Source: Gemmatimonadaceae bacterium (GTDB lineage Bacteria; Gemmatimonadota; Gemmatimonadetes; Gemmatimonadales; Gemmatimonadaceae). Taken from it: a stretch of DNA of 64,000 nucleotides. The notes beneath the pieces are model-generated. The model was given only the letters and a program-made list of their open reading frames with translations. It was not told where the DNA came from and searched no databases. The translations under genes and the position numbers were made by a program. The stretch is from the NCBI GenBank assembly GCA_033763905.1, contig JANRJP010000085.1, positions 14,276-78,275 of the forward strand, written 5' to 3'. Below, one piece after another: positions 23,901 through 33,072 of this stretch. Every line of letters begins with the position of its first letter. The stretch's first letter is position 1.

Positions 23901-23982
23901 GACCGCCGCCGATCGCGGGTTCGACTTCGGCGGATACCCCATTCCGCGGACGTGGTCGATCAGCGCCCGCTTCACCTACTGA
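20953..23982 (+). CDS. SusC/RagA-family TonB-linked outer-membrane transporter
   Basis: N-terminal CarboxypepD_reg-like domain; LQGKVAG, DPLYIVDG, LNPADIERVEII, AAALYGSRANNGVV, VEDGSFVKLREI, YPIPRTW...FTY; GGAG SD before ATG 20953. Confidence 0.93.
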   Translation: MFLRWLRRGIVPVALLCLPTWTSAQTATGTIRGRIADASTGSGLADAQVLIAGTRIGTSTNGSGDYVLNGAPPGARTISVRRIGYAPASRTVTVTAGQTLTVDVALRASGVNLSEVVVTGTATPTERRRIGTSVASVDSGLISKAQSVTLDQALQGKVAGAQISQNSGGPGGGGISVRLRGVNSFISGSDPLYIVDGVIVDNGSAQLTDLGGRSNPQNRLADLNPADIERVEIIRGAAAAALYGSRANNGVVQIFTRRGTSGKARFTLTTRYGINELREQQPFNYYPFDVNGAPIARFNYQNDIFQRSPTTEQNLSVEGGNDQTRFYLSANVLADEGIIKSTSSLRQGARLNVQQQMLPTLLANITANYITTRNQLQAFGEQNDYGIMGSLFFAPTNVDFRPTNGVYPLPPALGTNPLLAIDRIRNPQTINRFIGSTKLTWTPRTNLTFDYTIGLDQQSFEQRQFVPRGSVLGTGALSTGRAQSVFSDTRVVNQDGIASWITRPSASLELRTTAGFNYTQQNINTTNAVANGLAPVGELVGAGSVFAAGQTNVELRTLGFYGQQELAWRDRLFLTAAVRYDASSTFAPDERWQAFPKFSASYVLRENQSGLFNSVRLRTALGWAGSQPSIVNAYSQFIGFAQLPFANRPGFVNDITFGNPSLRNERAREWEVGVDAGFLDGKIGVEAQYYDRLVSDLLFFRPLPSSTGFSRQFAPIGTMSNKGLELLLRTVNIDRKRFKWESTVTYTRNRNNVESLSIQDFQSAGGYPNRIRAGEPAGVFYGSYAARNCVTGALLLDSLGRYRRSNQTADMGNAAQRVAISGGTCNDSLNRVIGDPNPSWMGSLLNEFTFANKLRFRVLLDGVFGQDVMNLSTRAQNAGIASNSKEFERELLPYGDPRKLAPGFNARTQGIFEYWVEDGSFVKLREIAATYTFDQPFIRRVFKDGVDVTVSGRNVWVWTGYSGFDPEINLFGTNAGGLGSGQTTAADRGFDFGGYPIPRTWSISARFTY

Positions 23983-24002
23983 GCCCCAAGGAGCCGCTTC
24001 CG

Positions 24003-25367
24003 ATGCGCACGATTCCGCACGGCGCGGTGGCTTTGGCCGCCGCCGCATTGCTCGCAGGCTGTGACCTCAACCTGCGCAACCCGAATTCTCCCACCGCCGA
24101 TCAGGTGACGACCTCACCCGACGGCGTGATCGCCCTCGCGACCGGTCTGCAAGGCCGCTTCGCGACGTCGTACCACGCGTACGCCTACACCGCGGGCCTC
24201 GTCACCGACGAGTTCGCCTCCACCACGGCGGCGCTGATTTCGATCAGCGATGCCGAACAGGGCTCGGTGCCGTCCGGCACGGGCATCGCCGACGCGGTGT
24301 TCAACTCGATCTACCGTACGGTGCGCTCGGCGGACGACCTCCGCACCGGCGCCGATGAACTGGCCTCGCGCTTCGAGCCCGGCACCCGCAGCGGCCTGCG
24401 GGCACTGGCGTTCGCGCTCAAGGCGGAAGCCCTGGGCGAAGCGCTGCAGTCGTACCAGCGCATCCCGATCAACACGTTTGGCGTCGTCGCCCCGCAGTAC
24501 GTGAACCGCGCCACCGCGCTGGCCTACGTGCGCGCATTGCTCGACTCGGCGGCCGCCGAACTCACCGCGACGCCGGCGAGCACGTTCTTTACCAACAGCA
24601 TTCTGACGCCCGGCGTCAATCTGCCGAACACGATTCAGCTCTTCCGCGCGCGGTATGCGCGAATGGCGAACGATCACGCCGCCGCCATTGCCGCCGCGGA
24701 TCTCGTGGCGCGCTCGGGCGCCGGCGCCCTGTCGGTGCTCACGTTCCCTGCGCCGGCGGTGAATCCGTACGCCAACGTCACCGGCGGGACGAACGGCATC
24801 GGGCCGCGGCGCGGCTGGCGTCTGGCGCAGCCCGCGGGCGATCTGCGGGCGGCGTACTTCGTCGTGGCCTCGACGGCGACCGGGCGCATTGGCGCACCAC
24901 TCGATCTGTGGAACCGCTATGCCAGCCCGACCGCTCCGTTGCCGGTGTACTTCCCCGATGAGGCGCTGCTGATCAAGGCCGAAGCGCTGGTCGCGCAGAA
25001 CCAGTTGGTCGCCGCGACGGCCGTCCTCGACTCGGTCCGGACGGATTGCACGGGCGGACGCGGCCTCGACGATCCGAAGGCCTGTCAGGCCGCGTTGCCG
25101 GCCGGCCTCACGGCGCCGCAGCTGCTGGACGAGATCTATCTGCAGCGTCGCTTCGAACTCTTCGGCACGGGCCTCCGCTGGGAAGACGCGCGTCGTCGTG
25201 GGCTGATTCGCGGCCCGACGTCCTCGCCTGCCTTGCCGCAGGATGGCCAGCGCTGCTGGCTGCCGTACTCGGTCGGCGATCGCAACGCCAACCCGAACGC
25301 CACGTTCACCGCGCTGCCGGATCCGGCAGAGCCGACCACCTTCCCGGCTTCGTGCCCCACGCCGTGA
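24003..25367 (+). CDS. SusD/RagB-like nutrient-binding lipoprotein
   Basis: Lipobox LLAGC; EALLIKAEAL and IYLQRRFELFGTGLRWEDARR; follows the SusC-like gene; AAGGAG SD. Confidence 0.85.
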   Translation: MRTIPHGAVALAAAALLAGCDLNLRNPNSPTADQVTTSPDGVIALATGLQGRFATSYHAYAYTAGLVTDEFASTTAALISISDAEQGSVPSGTGIADAVFNSIYRTVRSADDLRTGADELASRFEPGTRSGLRALAFALKAEALGEALQSYQRIPINTFGVVAPQYVNRATALAYVRALLDSAAAELTATPASTFFTNSILTPGVNLPNTIQLFRARYARMANDHAAAIAAADLVARSGAGALSVLTFPAPAVNPYANVTGGTNGIGPRRGWRLAQPAGDLRAAYFVVASTATGRIGAPLDLWNRYASPTAPLPVYFPDEALLIKAEALVAQNQLVAATAVLDSVRTDCTGGRGLDDPKACQAALPAGLTAPQLLDEIYLQRRFELFGTGLRWEDARRRGLIRGPTSSPALPQDGQRCWLPYSVGDRNANPNATFTALPDPAEPTTFPASCPTP

Positions 25368-25369
25368 GG

Positions 25370-26182
25370 ATGCCGACCGTGAATTTTCTCTCGACTTCGA
25401 CCTGGAGCCCGCGCGTGGCACATCGCCTGACGACGGCATTCGCTGCCGTGCTTTCGCTTTCGCTCGCCGCGTGCGGCACGAAGGAGGCCCCGGACCCGCT
25501 TGCCCCGACGGGCCCAACGGGTCGCGTGCGGTTCGTGAACCTCATCACCGATCCGGCGCGAGTGCCAGCCAACGCCATTCTGGAGGGCTTGCCCTTCGGC
25601 GTAAACCTCGGCTACGGCGGCACGACCCCGTCGTCGTTGCCGACGCCGTCGACCGCGATCTACTCGCCGATCCTGACCGGTGATCGTCGCCTGGTCCTCA
25701 AGCGCACTGCCGACACCTCGGTGACGCTTGCCACGATCAACTTCACCGTCACCGCGTCGCAGGATCGGACGATCTACGCGACCGGCGGAACCGGTGGTGG
25801 CGCGGTCACGAACTTCATCACGAACGATGACAACACGGCGCCGGCCGCCGGACAGACCCGCGTTCGCGTGGTGCATCTGAGCCCGTCGGCTGGGCCAGTG
25901 GACGTGTTCGTCACGACGACGACCGCCGATCTCGCGGCGGCGACGCCGACGCTGGCGGGCGTGGCGGCGCAGACGGCGTCGGGCTACCTCAGCGTGGCCG
26001 CCGGCACGTACCGGATTCGATTGGTCCCGGCGGGAACGCCAGCGGCCAATCGGGCGGCCAACGTGCTGCTCGACGTGGCGTCGATCGTGTTCCCCGCGCT
26101 GGGGGCGCGGACGATCGTCGCTGCCGATGCGGCGGCGGGCGGGCTGCCGGCTCGGGCCTTCACGTATAACGATCGACCCTAA
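25370..26182 (+). CDS. DUF4397-like lipoprotein
   Basis: Lipobox LAAC; RVRFVN and RVRVVHLSPSAGPVDV repeats. Confidence 0.75.
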   Translation: MPTVNFLSTSTWSPRVAHRLTTAFAAVLSLSLAACGTKEAPDPLAPTGPTGRVRFVNLITDPARVPANAILEGLPFGVNLGYGGTTPSSLPTPSTAIYSPILTGDRRLVLKRTADTSVTLATINFTVTASQDRTIYATGGTGGGAVTNFITNDDNTAPAAGQTRVRVVHLSPSAGPVDVFVTTTTADLAAATPTLAGVAAQTASGYLSVAAGTYRIRLVPAGTPAANRAANVLLDVASIVFPALGARTIVAADAAAGGLPARAFTYNDRP

Positions 26183-26207
26183 CCCGATCCTTCACCGTTC
26201 CACCTGC

Positions 26208-26241
26208 CACGGGGCGCCGGAGCTGCATCCGGCGCCCCGTG
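26208..26241. terminator. Hairpin between convergent genes (putative bidirectional terminator)
   Basis: CACGGGGCGCCGGA-GCTGCA-TCCGGCGCCCCGTG, perfect 14-bp stem. Confidence 0.75.
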
Positions 26242-26242
26242 T

Positions 26243-27862
26243 TCATTGCGGGGGTCTCTGCGAGGCGCGTCGCGCCACCAGTGCCGGTACGAGCGGCAGC
26301 ACGATCACCGCCGCGGCGCTCGCCGTGTGCGACCAGTCGCCATTCGCGAGGCGCGGCCAGTTGAAGATGAACAGGTCGGCGGTGAGGTGACTCAACACGA
26401 CCGTGAGCGCCCCGTAGCGGAAGAACGCCCAGCCCCACGTCGCCCCAACCAGCGTGAGCACCAGCGGCCGCGCCCAGAAGGGGCCCGCCGGCGGAAGGAA
26501 GTCGAGGTTCGTGTGCGTCAGGCCGTACAATAGCGCCGGCCCCCAGATCGCCATCCACCGGCGGCCGGTCAGGCGTTCGATCCACGTGCCAAAGTAGAGT
26601 CGGTAGCCCAGCTCCTCGGCGAGCGCCACGCTCGTGAAGAAGAGGAGCGCGGTCAGCGACGGCGACCACGCATCCAGCACTTTCACGAAGAATCCGCGTG
26701 GTTGCAGTGCGGTCGGCGCTCCCACGCCCGACTGCAAGAGGGCCACACTGCCCGCCATCACGCCGCCACACAGCAGGCCCACAAGCCAGCCCTGCCACGC
26801 CGCGCGGCCGACCTCCGGATCGCGCCAATGCCCAGCCACGGCTCGCCACAGCGACGCGGCGCGATTGGCCCCCGCACGACGATCTTCGGCGTCGCCAGCG
26901 GCGATGACGGTGAACAGCACCAGCCCCAGCCACGCGTTCGTGAGGCCGATGCGCTGCAATCCCAGCAGCGGGGCCGTGATCCACGGCCAAAGCGGCTCCC
27001 ACACCTGCTGCAGCCACGCGGGCTCGAGAAAGAACGTGGCCACGACACCGGCAAAGACGAGTGCGGCCACACGCGCGGGTGGGCCGATCTGCGCCGAGCC
27101 ATCGCGAAGGCCGCGCAGCAGAATTCCAAACGCGACGATGATCCCCGCCGCCAAGGCGAGTACGCCGATCGACGAGAGGACGATCGTGGGTGCCTGCGCC
27201 GCCGTGCGCGCCCGACGCGCGTCATCAGGCACGACCAGGTTCCGGAGCACGCCGCTCACCACATTGCCGGACACCGTGAGACTGGCGCGCTCCTTGAGGC
27301 CGTGCGAGGCGTCCACCACGCGCTCGACCGTGAACGTGCGATCCACGCGGCGGGGCCGCTCGCGGATTGACGCGCCAATCAGCGTCCAGGGCGCCGCGAT
27401 CGTGTCGTGCGTCACGCGATCGAGCGCAGCAAAGGCCATCCGCGCGGCCGAGGCGCTGTCGGCCGTCCCCGCCGAGTCGTCGTCCTGCCGCATCCAGAGC
27501 CAGCGCGACACCCGTCCCCGTGGGTCGACCCAAGCCACGATCACGTCCGGTGAGCCGCGTCGCTTGAAGGTGACCGCGGTCCCGACCAGCCACTGGCGAT
27601 CCGCCAAGGCCAGTGTGGCCGATCGGCCCAGCAGGGAATCGGCGTGATCGAGCGCGAGATCATCGATGGCCAGCTCGGCCGCCGCGCGGAATCCCTGGAT
27701 CGGCACCCCTTCACGCACCAAGTGCGCCTGCGCGGCCGCCTCCTGCGCCGCGGGATCCAGGGCCTTGCCCAGCGGCACCAGCGGCCAGAGCCGAGGCAAC
27801 TGCCACACGAACACCGCGGCCGAGACCAGGGCCAGCGCGAGCAGTCGACGGGTGGTCAGCAC
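26243..27862 (-). CDS. CPBP (CAAX/Abi) intramembrane metalloprotease with a large N-terminal extracytoplasmic domain
   Basis: EELGYR, YGLTH, HLTAD motifs; multiple TM segments; GTG 27862 with GGAG upstream. Confidence 0.8.
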   Translation of the reverse strand: MLTTRRLLALALVSAAVFVWQLPRLWPLVPLGKALDPAAQEAAAQAHLVREGVPIQGFRAAAELAIDDLALDHADSLLGRSATLALADRQWLVGTAVTFKRRGSPDVIVAWVDPRGRVSRWLWMRQDDDSAGTADSASAARMAFAALDRVTHDTIAAPWTLIGASIRERPRRVDRTFTVERVVDASHGLKERASLTVSGNVVSGVLRNLVVPDDARRARTAAQAPTIVLSSIGVLALAAGIIVAFGILLRGLRDGSAQIGPPARVAALVFAGVVATFFLEPAWLQQVWEPLWPWITAPLLGLQRIGLTNAWLGLVLFTVIAAGDAEDRRAGANRAASLWRAVAGHWRDPEVGRAAWQGWLVGLLCGGVMAGSVALLQSGVGAPTALQPRGFFVKVLDAWSPSLTALLFFTSVALAEELGYRLYFGTWIERLTGRRWMAIWGPALLYGLTHTNLDFLPPAGPFWARPLVLTLVGATWGWAFFRYGALTVVLSHLTADLFIFNWPRLANGDWSHTASAAAVIVLPLVPALVARRASQRPPQ

Positions 27863-27918
27863 GCCGTGAACGCTCCACCCCGTGCCGAGCGGGGACAAGG
27901 GGGGATTAGCTTCACGTC

Positions 27919-29052
27919 GTGACCAATCAGCCGTACTGGCACCTGCCGACCGCTCCATCGTATCCGTCGCTCGACGGCGACCTCGAGGCCGACGTGTGTG
28001 TGATCGGGCTTGGGGCGAGTGGGCTCGCTGCCGCGCTGGAAGCGGCGGCGCTCGGTGCGACGGTGGTCGGCATCGACCGGAGCGAAGTGGCGGCTGGCGC
28101 GGCGGGGCGTAACGGCGGCCTGCTGCTGGGCGGATTGGCCGAGTTCCATCACGACGCCGCCGATCGCTGGGGCCCTGCGCGCGCGAGCGCACTCTACCGG
28201 ATGACGCTCGACGAGATGCGCGCGATCCGCCGAGACTACGCGGCCGTTACGTGGTGGAATGGCTCGCTCCGCATCGCCGACGACGAGATGGAGCTGGAGG
28301 ACTGCGCGCGGCAACAATCGCGAATGGCCCTCGATGGTCTGCCGGTGGAGTGGTACGAAGGGCCCGAAGGTCGTGGGCTGCTGTTTCCCGAAGACGGCGG
28401 CTTTCACCCGGCACGGCGCGCGCATCAGATGGCCGAGCGCGCCGTCGCGTCGGGCGTGCGGCTGTACACCGGAACACCGGCGCTCGCGATCGACGCGGCG
28501 GGCGTCGAGACGCCCAGCGGACGCGTTCGGGCCAGCCAGGTCGTGATCTGTGCCGACGGCGCGCTCGGCACGCTGCTGCCCGAGCTCGCGCGTCGCGTCC
28601 GGCCGGTGCGGCTGCAGATGCTGGCCACGGCCCCCGCGCACGATGTGCGCGTGCCGCGCCCCGTGTACGCACGGCACGGCTACGACTACTGGCAGCAGTT
28701 GGCCGACGGGAGCATTGCGCTGGGGGGCGGGCGGGACCAGTTCCGTGAGCAGGAGTTCACCACGGACTCGACGCCGACCGAGCCCCTGCAAGCCTGGCTC
28801 GACGCGCGCCTCCGGACGGCCGTCGGCACCGCGGCACCGGTGACGCACCGCTGGGCGGCGGTCGTCAGCTACACCGACGACGCCCTACCCATTGCCGAGA
28901 TGGTGCGTCCCGGCGTGCACGCCGCGGGCGCCTACAATGGCACGGGAAACGTGGTTGGCGTACTCTGCGGGCGGGGACTGGCGCGACGCGCGCTGGGGCA
29001 CGCCGACCCGTGGCTCGATCTGCTCGACTCCATTCGCTCGGAGACTTCGTGA
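27919..29052 (+). CDS. FAD-dependent oxidoreductase (DAO/PuuB-like amine or amino-acid oxidase)
   Basis: DVCVIGLGASG, GAAGRNGG, YNGTG; TAGCTT -10 box 6 nt before the GTG. Confidence 0.88.
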   Translation: MTNQPYWHLPTAPSYPSLDGDLEADVCVIGLGASGLAAALEAAALGATVVGIDRSEVAAGAAGRNGGLLLGGLAEFHHDAADRWGPARASALYRMTLDEMRAIRRDYAAVTWWNGSLRIADDEMELEDCARQQSRMALDGLPVEWYEGPEGRGLLFPEDGGFHPARRAHQMAERAVASGVRLYTGTPALAIDAAGVETPSGRVRASQVVICADGALGTLLPELARRVRPVRLQMLATAPAHDVRVPRPVYARHGYDYWQQLADGSIALGGGRDQFREQEFTTDSTPTEPLQAWLDARLRTAVGTAAPVTHRWAAVVSYTDDALPIAEMVRPGVHAAGAYNGTGNVVGVLCGRGLARRALGHADPWLDLLDSIRSETS

Positions 29053-29519
29053 TGCGACCTCTGCCGTTGCTCCTCGCCGCGTTCGCGTTGCTGGCCGCCT
29101 GCCGCAAAGACCTCCCACCGCTTCCTGCTATGCCGATCGACAAGACGACCTTCGCCGCCTCACTCGATGTGCAGCTCGCCAAGAGCGTCACGACGCCCAC
29201 CGGGCTCGTGTATCGGGATCTCGTCGTCGGCAGCGGCGCCGAAGCGGTGGCGGGCAAGACCGTCCTCGTGCACTACGACGGTCGGCTGGCCGATGGCACG
29301 CAGTTCGACGAGAACACGCCGGGCGACGATCCACTCGAGTTCGCCCTCGGGCAACAGCAGGTGATTGCGGGCTGGGACGAAGGCGTCAGCGGAATGAAGG
29401 TTGGCGGCAAGCGCCAACTCGTCATTCCGCCGGCCTTGGGCTACGGCGATACCGGCATCGGCCCGATTCCGGGCAACGCGATTCTGGTCTTTACCGTCGA
29501 GCTCGTCGCGGTGCGCTAG
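29052..29519 (+). CDS. FKBP-type peptidyl-prolyl isomerase lipoprotein
   Basis: Lipobox [47 protein letters not shown]. Confidence 0.93.
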   Translation: MRPLPLLLAAFALLAACRKDLPPLPAMPIDKTTFAASLDVQLAKSVTTPTGLVYRDLVVGSGAEAVAGKTVLVHYDGRLADGTQFDENTPGDDPLEFALGQQQVIAGWDEGVSGMKVGGKRQLVIPPALGYGDTGIGPIPGNAILVFTVELVAVR

Positions 29520-30897
29520 GCGCACCAATCAGGTACCACGACTCCTGACGCGGCAGGAAGAAGCGCCAGCCGTCGTCGGCGAGCCACGCGTCGTCTTCCA
29601 TCATCACGAACACCTTCTGTCCGCCCCACTCGGCGACGGGCGTGGCGGTGTTCAGCTCAATCGAGATGTAGCTGCCGGCCCGCAGCGGCGTCGGAAGCTC
29701 GGCTGCATTGCGCTGCGACGAGCGGAAGTCGATGCTCGCGCCGAGTCCGTGCCCGTGCACGCCGATGGGATGCGAGTAGATCATCGCTTCGATGCCGCGC
29801 TCCTTCATTTCGGCCATCGTCGCGGCATAGACCTCGCCCGCGGGGCGACCCGGCCGCGAGTGCCGCTGCATCAACGCGTCCTGCAGCACGTTCGTGTTGC
29901 GCATCGCCGCCTTGAGGCCTTCGGGGACGTCGCGCTCTCCCGGCCGAAGCACGTAGGCCATCTTCTGCCAGTCGGTGTCGAAGCCCATCACGGTGAGCCC
30001 GACATCGAGATGCACGACGTCGCCGTGACGAATCACCGTGCTTTCGGGTGCAATCGCCAGAAAGCCGCGAGACGTCGGGTTGGGGACGCCTTGGCGCTGA
30101 ATGCGCAGGTCCTGCTGGAACCACGTCCGTACGCCCGCGGCCCAGAACGCGTCGTAGATCCAATTGCGCACATCGCCCACCGTGGTGACGCCGGGGCGAA
30201 TCACCTCGGCCGACAGCGCGCGCCGCGTGATCGCATCGGTCAGCGCGACCGCCGACCGGTAGTACGGCATCTCCTCGGGGAGCCGCGTGTCGCAATACTC
30301 CTCGATCAGCGACGCCGCGCTGGTGAAGCGACTCTTGGCCTCGGCGCCCATTGCGGTAGTGAGGAACGCGTAGGCGTCGTGGCCCAGCGACCGCTGCACG
30401 CCGCGGCGCCCACCGATCGAGAGTCCGATCGTCTTCGGCTGATGCTCCTGATACAACGCGGCCAATCGCTGGGCCGCCGGCACCGGTTCGTCCGGTGACT
30501 CGAAGAATCGCTTGAGGTTGTCTTCGCTGTAGCCCGTGACGGCGACGCGGCGCAGTCGATCACCGGCGTCGATGAAGACGAAGATGTCGCGGTTGCCGGT
30601 GTACGGCCGCGGCGGCGCCACAAGCTGGGTGAGCGGATCGTCGTGGAACTCCTCGTTGACTACGATCCACATCGCGATCCCGTGGCGGCGCATCATCGGC
30701 AGCAGCGCGGCGTGCCGCGTCTCGAGCCACCGTTCGCGGATGCGGATCTGCTCCGACCACGAGGGAATGCCGGCGGCAGCGGCGGTCATCGGCCGTGCCT
30801 GGGCGCGCAGCGGCGTCGACAGCGCGCCGGCAGTCAATCCGGCCAGCAGCAGTACGGGCAGTGTGCGTTGCATCGGGCCGCGGGCAAGGACGCGCAT
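29491..30897 (-). CDS. M24 family (Xaa-Pro-like) metallopeptidase, secreted
   Basis: HLDVG...[22 protein letters not shown] pita-bread metal ligands. Start is 30897 or 30873. The 3' end overlaps the FKBP gene. Confidence 0.85.
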   Translation of the reverse strand: MRVLARGPMQRTLPVLLLAGLTAGALSTPLRAQARPMTAAAAGIPSWSEQIRIRERWLETRHAALLPMMRRHGIAMWIVVNEEFHDDPLTQLVAPPRPYTGNRDIFVFIDAGDRLRRVAVTGYSEDNLKRFFESPDEPVPAAQRLAALYQEHQPKTIGLSIGGRRGVQRSLGHDAYAFLTTAMGAEAKSRFTSAASLIEEYCDTRLPEEMPYYRSAVALTDAITRRALSAEVIRPGVTTVGDVRNWIYDAFWAAGVRTWFQQDLRIQRQGVPNPTSRGFLAIAPESTVIRHGDVVHLDVGLTVMGFDTDWQKMAYVLRPGERDVPEGLKAAMRNTNVLQDALMQRHSRPGRPAGEVYAATMAEMKERGIEAMIYSHPIGVHGHGLGASIDFRSSQRNAAELPTPLRAGSYISIELNTATPVAEWGGQKVFVMMEDDAWLADDGWRFFLPRQESWYLIGAPSAPRRARR

Positions 30898-31997
30898 CAG
30901 CGGGCCCCCCAGAAGCGCCGTCGCGGCGTGCTCGACGTCTCGGGGAGCATCCCGAGGAAGCGCGCGTAGTCGCGATCGGTGATGGCCGTCTCGAGGCGCG
31001 CCGCGTCGGCCTGCGCACCAATGATGGCACCGACCGACGTGGCATCGTGCGCTTGCCCGCCCAGCCGCATCAGCAGAATCGACCGACGATAGGCCTCTTC
31101 GAAGTCCTGGCCCCGCACCTGCACCATCAGGTTGTTGAACCACGGCTCGGCGCCACCGAGCAGCAGCGCGTTGCGCGCCTGGGCTTCGTCCTGAAAGGTG
31201 ACGGTGATGCGATACGGGCCCGGCCACTGCGGCAACCAGGCAGCGGGCGTGGTCGTGGCGAGCCACTGCTGGGCCGCCTCGCGGACGGCGGCCTCGATGC
31301 GGCGGCTCGCTTCGGCACGCGGCAGCAGTTCGGCGTGCGAGCGATCGATGGCCCGCTTCACGGTGGCGTACTTCGCCCACGGCATCATCCGGCGCGTCTC
31401 GACTTCCAACTGATCGTCGCCGGCCATGGCAATGACCGGAATGCGAAACCGCGCGGCACCGGCCGCGAGCAGCATCCCCTCGTTGAAGGGCACGCCATTC
31501 ACCTTGTACTGGATGTCGTGGAACGTGTACGTGTGACTCAGGAAGCCGCGACTGTTGCCGGCGCCGGCGTGCATCCCCACCGCGACGATGGCATCGACCG
31601 TGTGGTCGTACGAGTCGACGTAAATGTCGAACGGCGCCTCGCGAAAGCCGATCGTCGCCGGTGCGCTGAGTTCGGCCTCCAGCACATCGGGCTCGGATTG
31701 ATTCCCCGAGCCGTGCCCATCGACGACCACGATGTCGGTGATGCCAACCGCCTTGAGGCCGGCGATGGCGGCGTTGACGTCGGCCGTGACCTGGCGACGC
31801 CCTTCCGCATAGCGCGCCGGGTGATCGACCGTGGTCATCCGGTAGTCGTCGATGCCCGCCGCGCCCTCCATATCGGCGAGAATCATCACGCGCAGGGGCC
31901 GGACCTGCGGGCGAGCGGGCGCTTGAGCCGCCAGCGGAAGGGGCGCCAGAAGCAGGGACAGCGCCAGCAACCGGCCGAGTGCGGGATGTCGTATCAT
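30897..31997 (-). CDS. M55 family D-aminopeptidase (DppA-like), secreted
   Basis: ADMEG, VDGHGSG, GMHAGAG..GFLSHTY, NEG, GDD; signal peptide. Confidence 0.88.
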   Translation of the reverse strand: MIRHPALGRLLALSLLLAPLPLAAQAPARPQVRPLRVMILADMEGAAGIDDYRMTTVDHPARYAEGRRQVTADVNAAIAGLKAVGITDIVVVDGHGSGNQSEPDVLEAELSAPATIGFREAPFDIYVDSYDHTVDAIVAVGMHAGAGNSRGFLSHTYTFHDIQYKVNGVPFNEGMLLAAGAARFRIPVIAMAGDDQLEVETRRMMPWAKYATVKRAIDRSHAELLPRAEASRRIEAAVREAAQQWLATTTPAAWLPQWPGPYRITVTFQDEAQARNALLLGGAEPWFNNLMVQVRGQDFEEAYRRSILLMRLGGQAHDATSVGAIIGAQADAARLETAITDRDYARFLGMLPETSSTPRRRFWGAR

Positions 31998-32064
31998 TCG
32001 CAGGTCCCACCGAAACGTGACGCCGGACGGGAACCCACCCGCCGCCCAGCAGGATTCTTCAGGA

Positions 32065-33072
32065 ATGTCCTCTCTCGTGCGCTCTTTCGCTACGCTTGCT
32101 GTCGCGGTGCTTGCTCTGACGGCTTGCGAATCTCCCCGCGAGGCCCCGCCGATCGGCGACGAGGCCTGGACCAAGCAACTCGACACCCAATTCGCCGGTC
32201 TTCGTCGCATCCGTACGGGCGAGACAAGCGTGCTGTCGTGGTCGGGGCTGTGGCCGCTGCCGGAGGGGCGGACGACGTTCGGGAGCGGCGCCGATCAGGC
32301 GATTCGCCTTGACGCTCCCGAGGTACCGCCGAGCGCTGGCGTGTTTGTGCGGGCCGGGACCGATGTGCTGGTGGAGCCGTCGCCAGGCACCAAGATCCAG
32401 CTTGCCGATGGCACCGTCATCGACGGGCCGTTCAAGCTGATCTCCGACATCGCGAAAGGCACGACCGCGTTGCAGTTCGGCACCACGCGTGTGGTCCTGC
32501 ACGAAGAGCCGACGGCCAGCGGCCGATGGATTCGGGCGTCGCGGTCGGACGCGGCGGCCATCACCGGGTACACCGACCCGCCACGATACGCCGCCAATCG
32601 GGCCTACCGCGTCGCAGCGAAGCTCCTGCCGTCGTCGACCGGCATCACGATGGACCTGCCCGACGTGACCGGCGGCACGCAGCAGTTTGCGCTGGCGGGC
32701 GAACTGTCGTTCCGGCTCAACGGCGAGTCACTCCGCCTGCTGGCGTTCAAGCGGCCGGGTCGTGATTCGCTTTTCGTGATGTTTCGCGACGCGACCAGCG
32801 GCACGACGACCTATGACGCGGCGCGCTACGTCTACGTGCCGCGCCCCGACGCCGAGAACTGGACCGTGCTGGACTTCAACAAGGCGCACAACCCGCCGTG
32901 CGCCTTCACGACCTTCTCGACCTGCGTGCTACCGCCCAAGGCGAACCGCCTGACCGTTCCGATCGAAGCAGGCGAGCAGCTCCCCACCGCCCCGCGCATC
33001 GGCGCACCAGCAGCAGCCGGTGACGCCGGTACGGCTACCGCGTCGCCTTCGACGCCGCGTCCGCGAGGGTGA
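32065..33072 (+). CDS. DUF1684 family lipoprotein
   Basis: Lipobox LTAC; FRDATSGTTTY..ARY, LDFNKAHNPPCAFT.FSTC.LPP..NRL...IEAGE. Confidence 0.85.
   Translation: MSSLVRSFATLAVAVLALTACESPREAPPIGDEAWTKQLDTQFAGLRRIRTGETSVLSWSGLWPLPEGRTTFGSGADQAIRLDAPEVPPSAGVFVRAGTDVLVEPSPGTKIQLADGTVIDGPFKLISDIAKGTTALQFGTTRVVLHEEPTASGRWIRASRSDAAAITGYTDPPRYAANRAYRVAAKLLPSSTGITMDLPDVTGGTQQFALAGELSFRLNGESLRLLAFKRPGRDSLFVMFRDATSGTTTYDAARYVYVPRPDAENWTVLDFNKAHNPPCAFTTFSTCVLPPKANRLTVPIEAGEQLPTAPRIGAPAAAGDAGTATASPSTPRPRG

Noticed and set aside
20968..24048. Very long antisense or alternate-frame ORFs (e.g. 20968-24048, 18071-20443, 58951-61374, 47158-49326, 42881-44869)
   Set aside because: They shadow well-supported genes, have no recognisable motifs, and are expected from stop-codon scarcity in high-GC DNA.
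29491..32010. Apparent long fusion ORFs in the track (29491-32010, 35950-38052, 45444-47243, 3163-5037, 8706-9947, 19848-20900)
   Set aside because: The N-terminal extensions are off-frame read-through of neighbouring genes. True starts lie at stop/start overlaps or after SD or -10 signals.
29491..33072. Convergent 3' overlaps (FKBP/M24, 29 nt; DUF1684/ABC, 38 nt)
   Set aside because: These are short low-complexity tails common in compact GC-rich genomes, with no sign of function.
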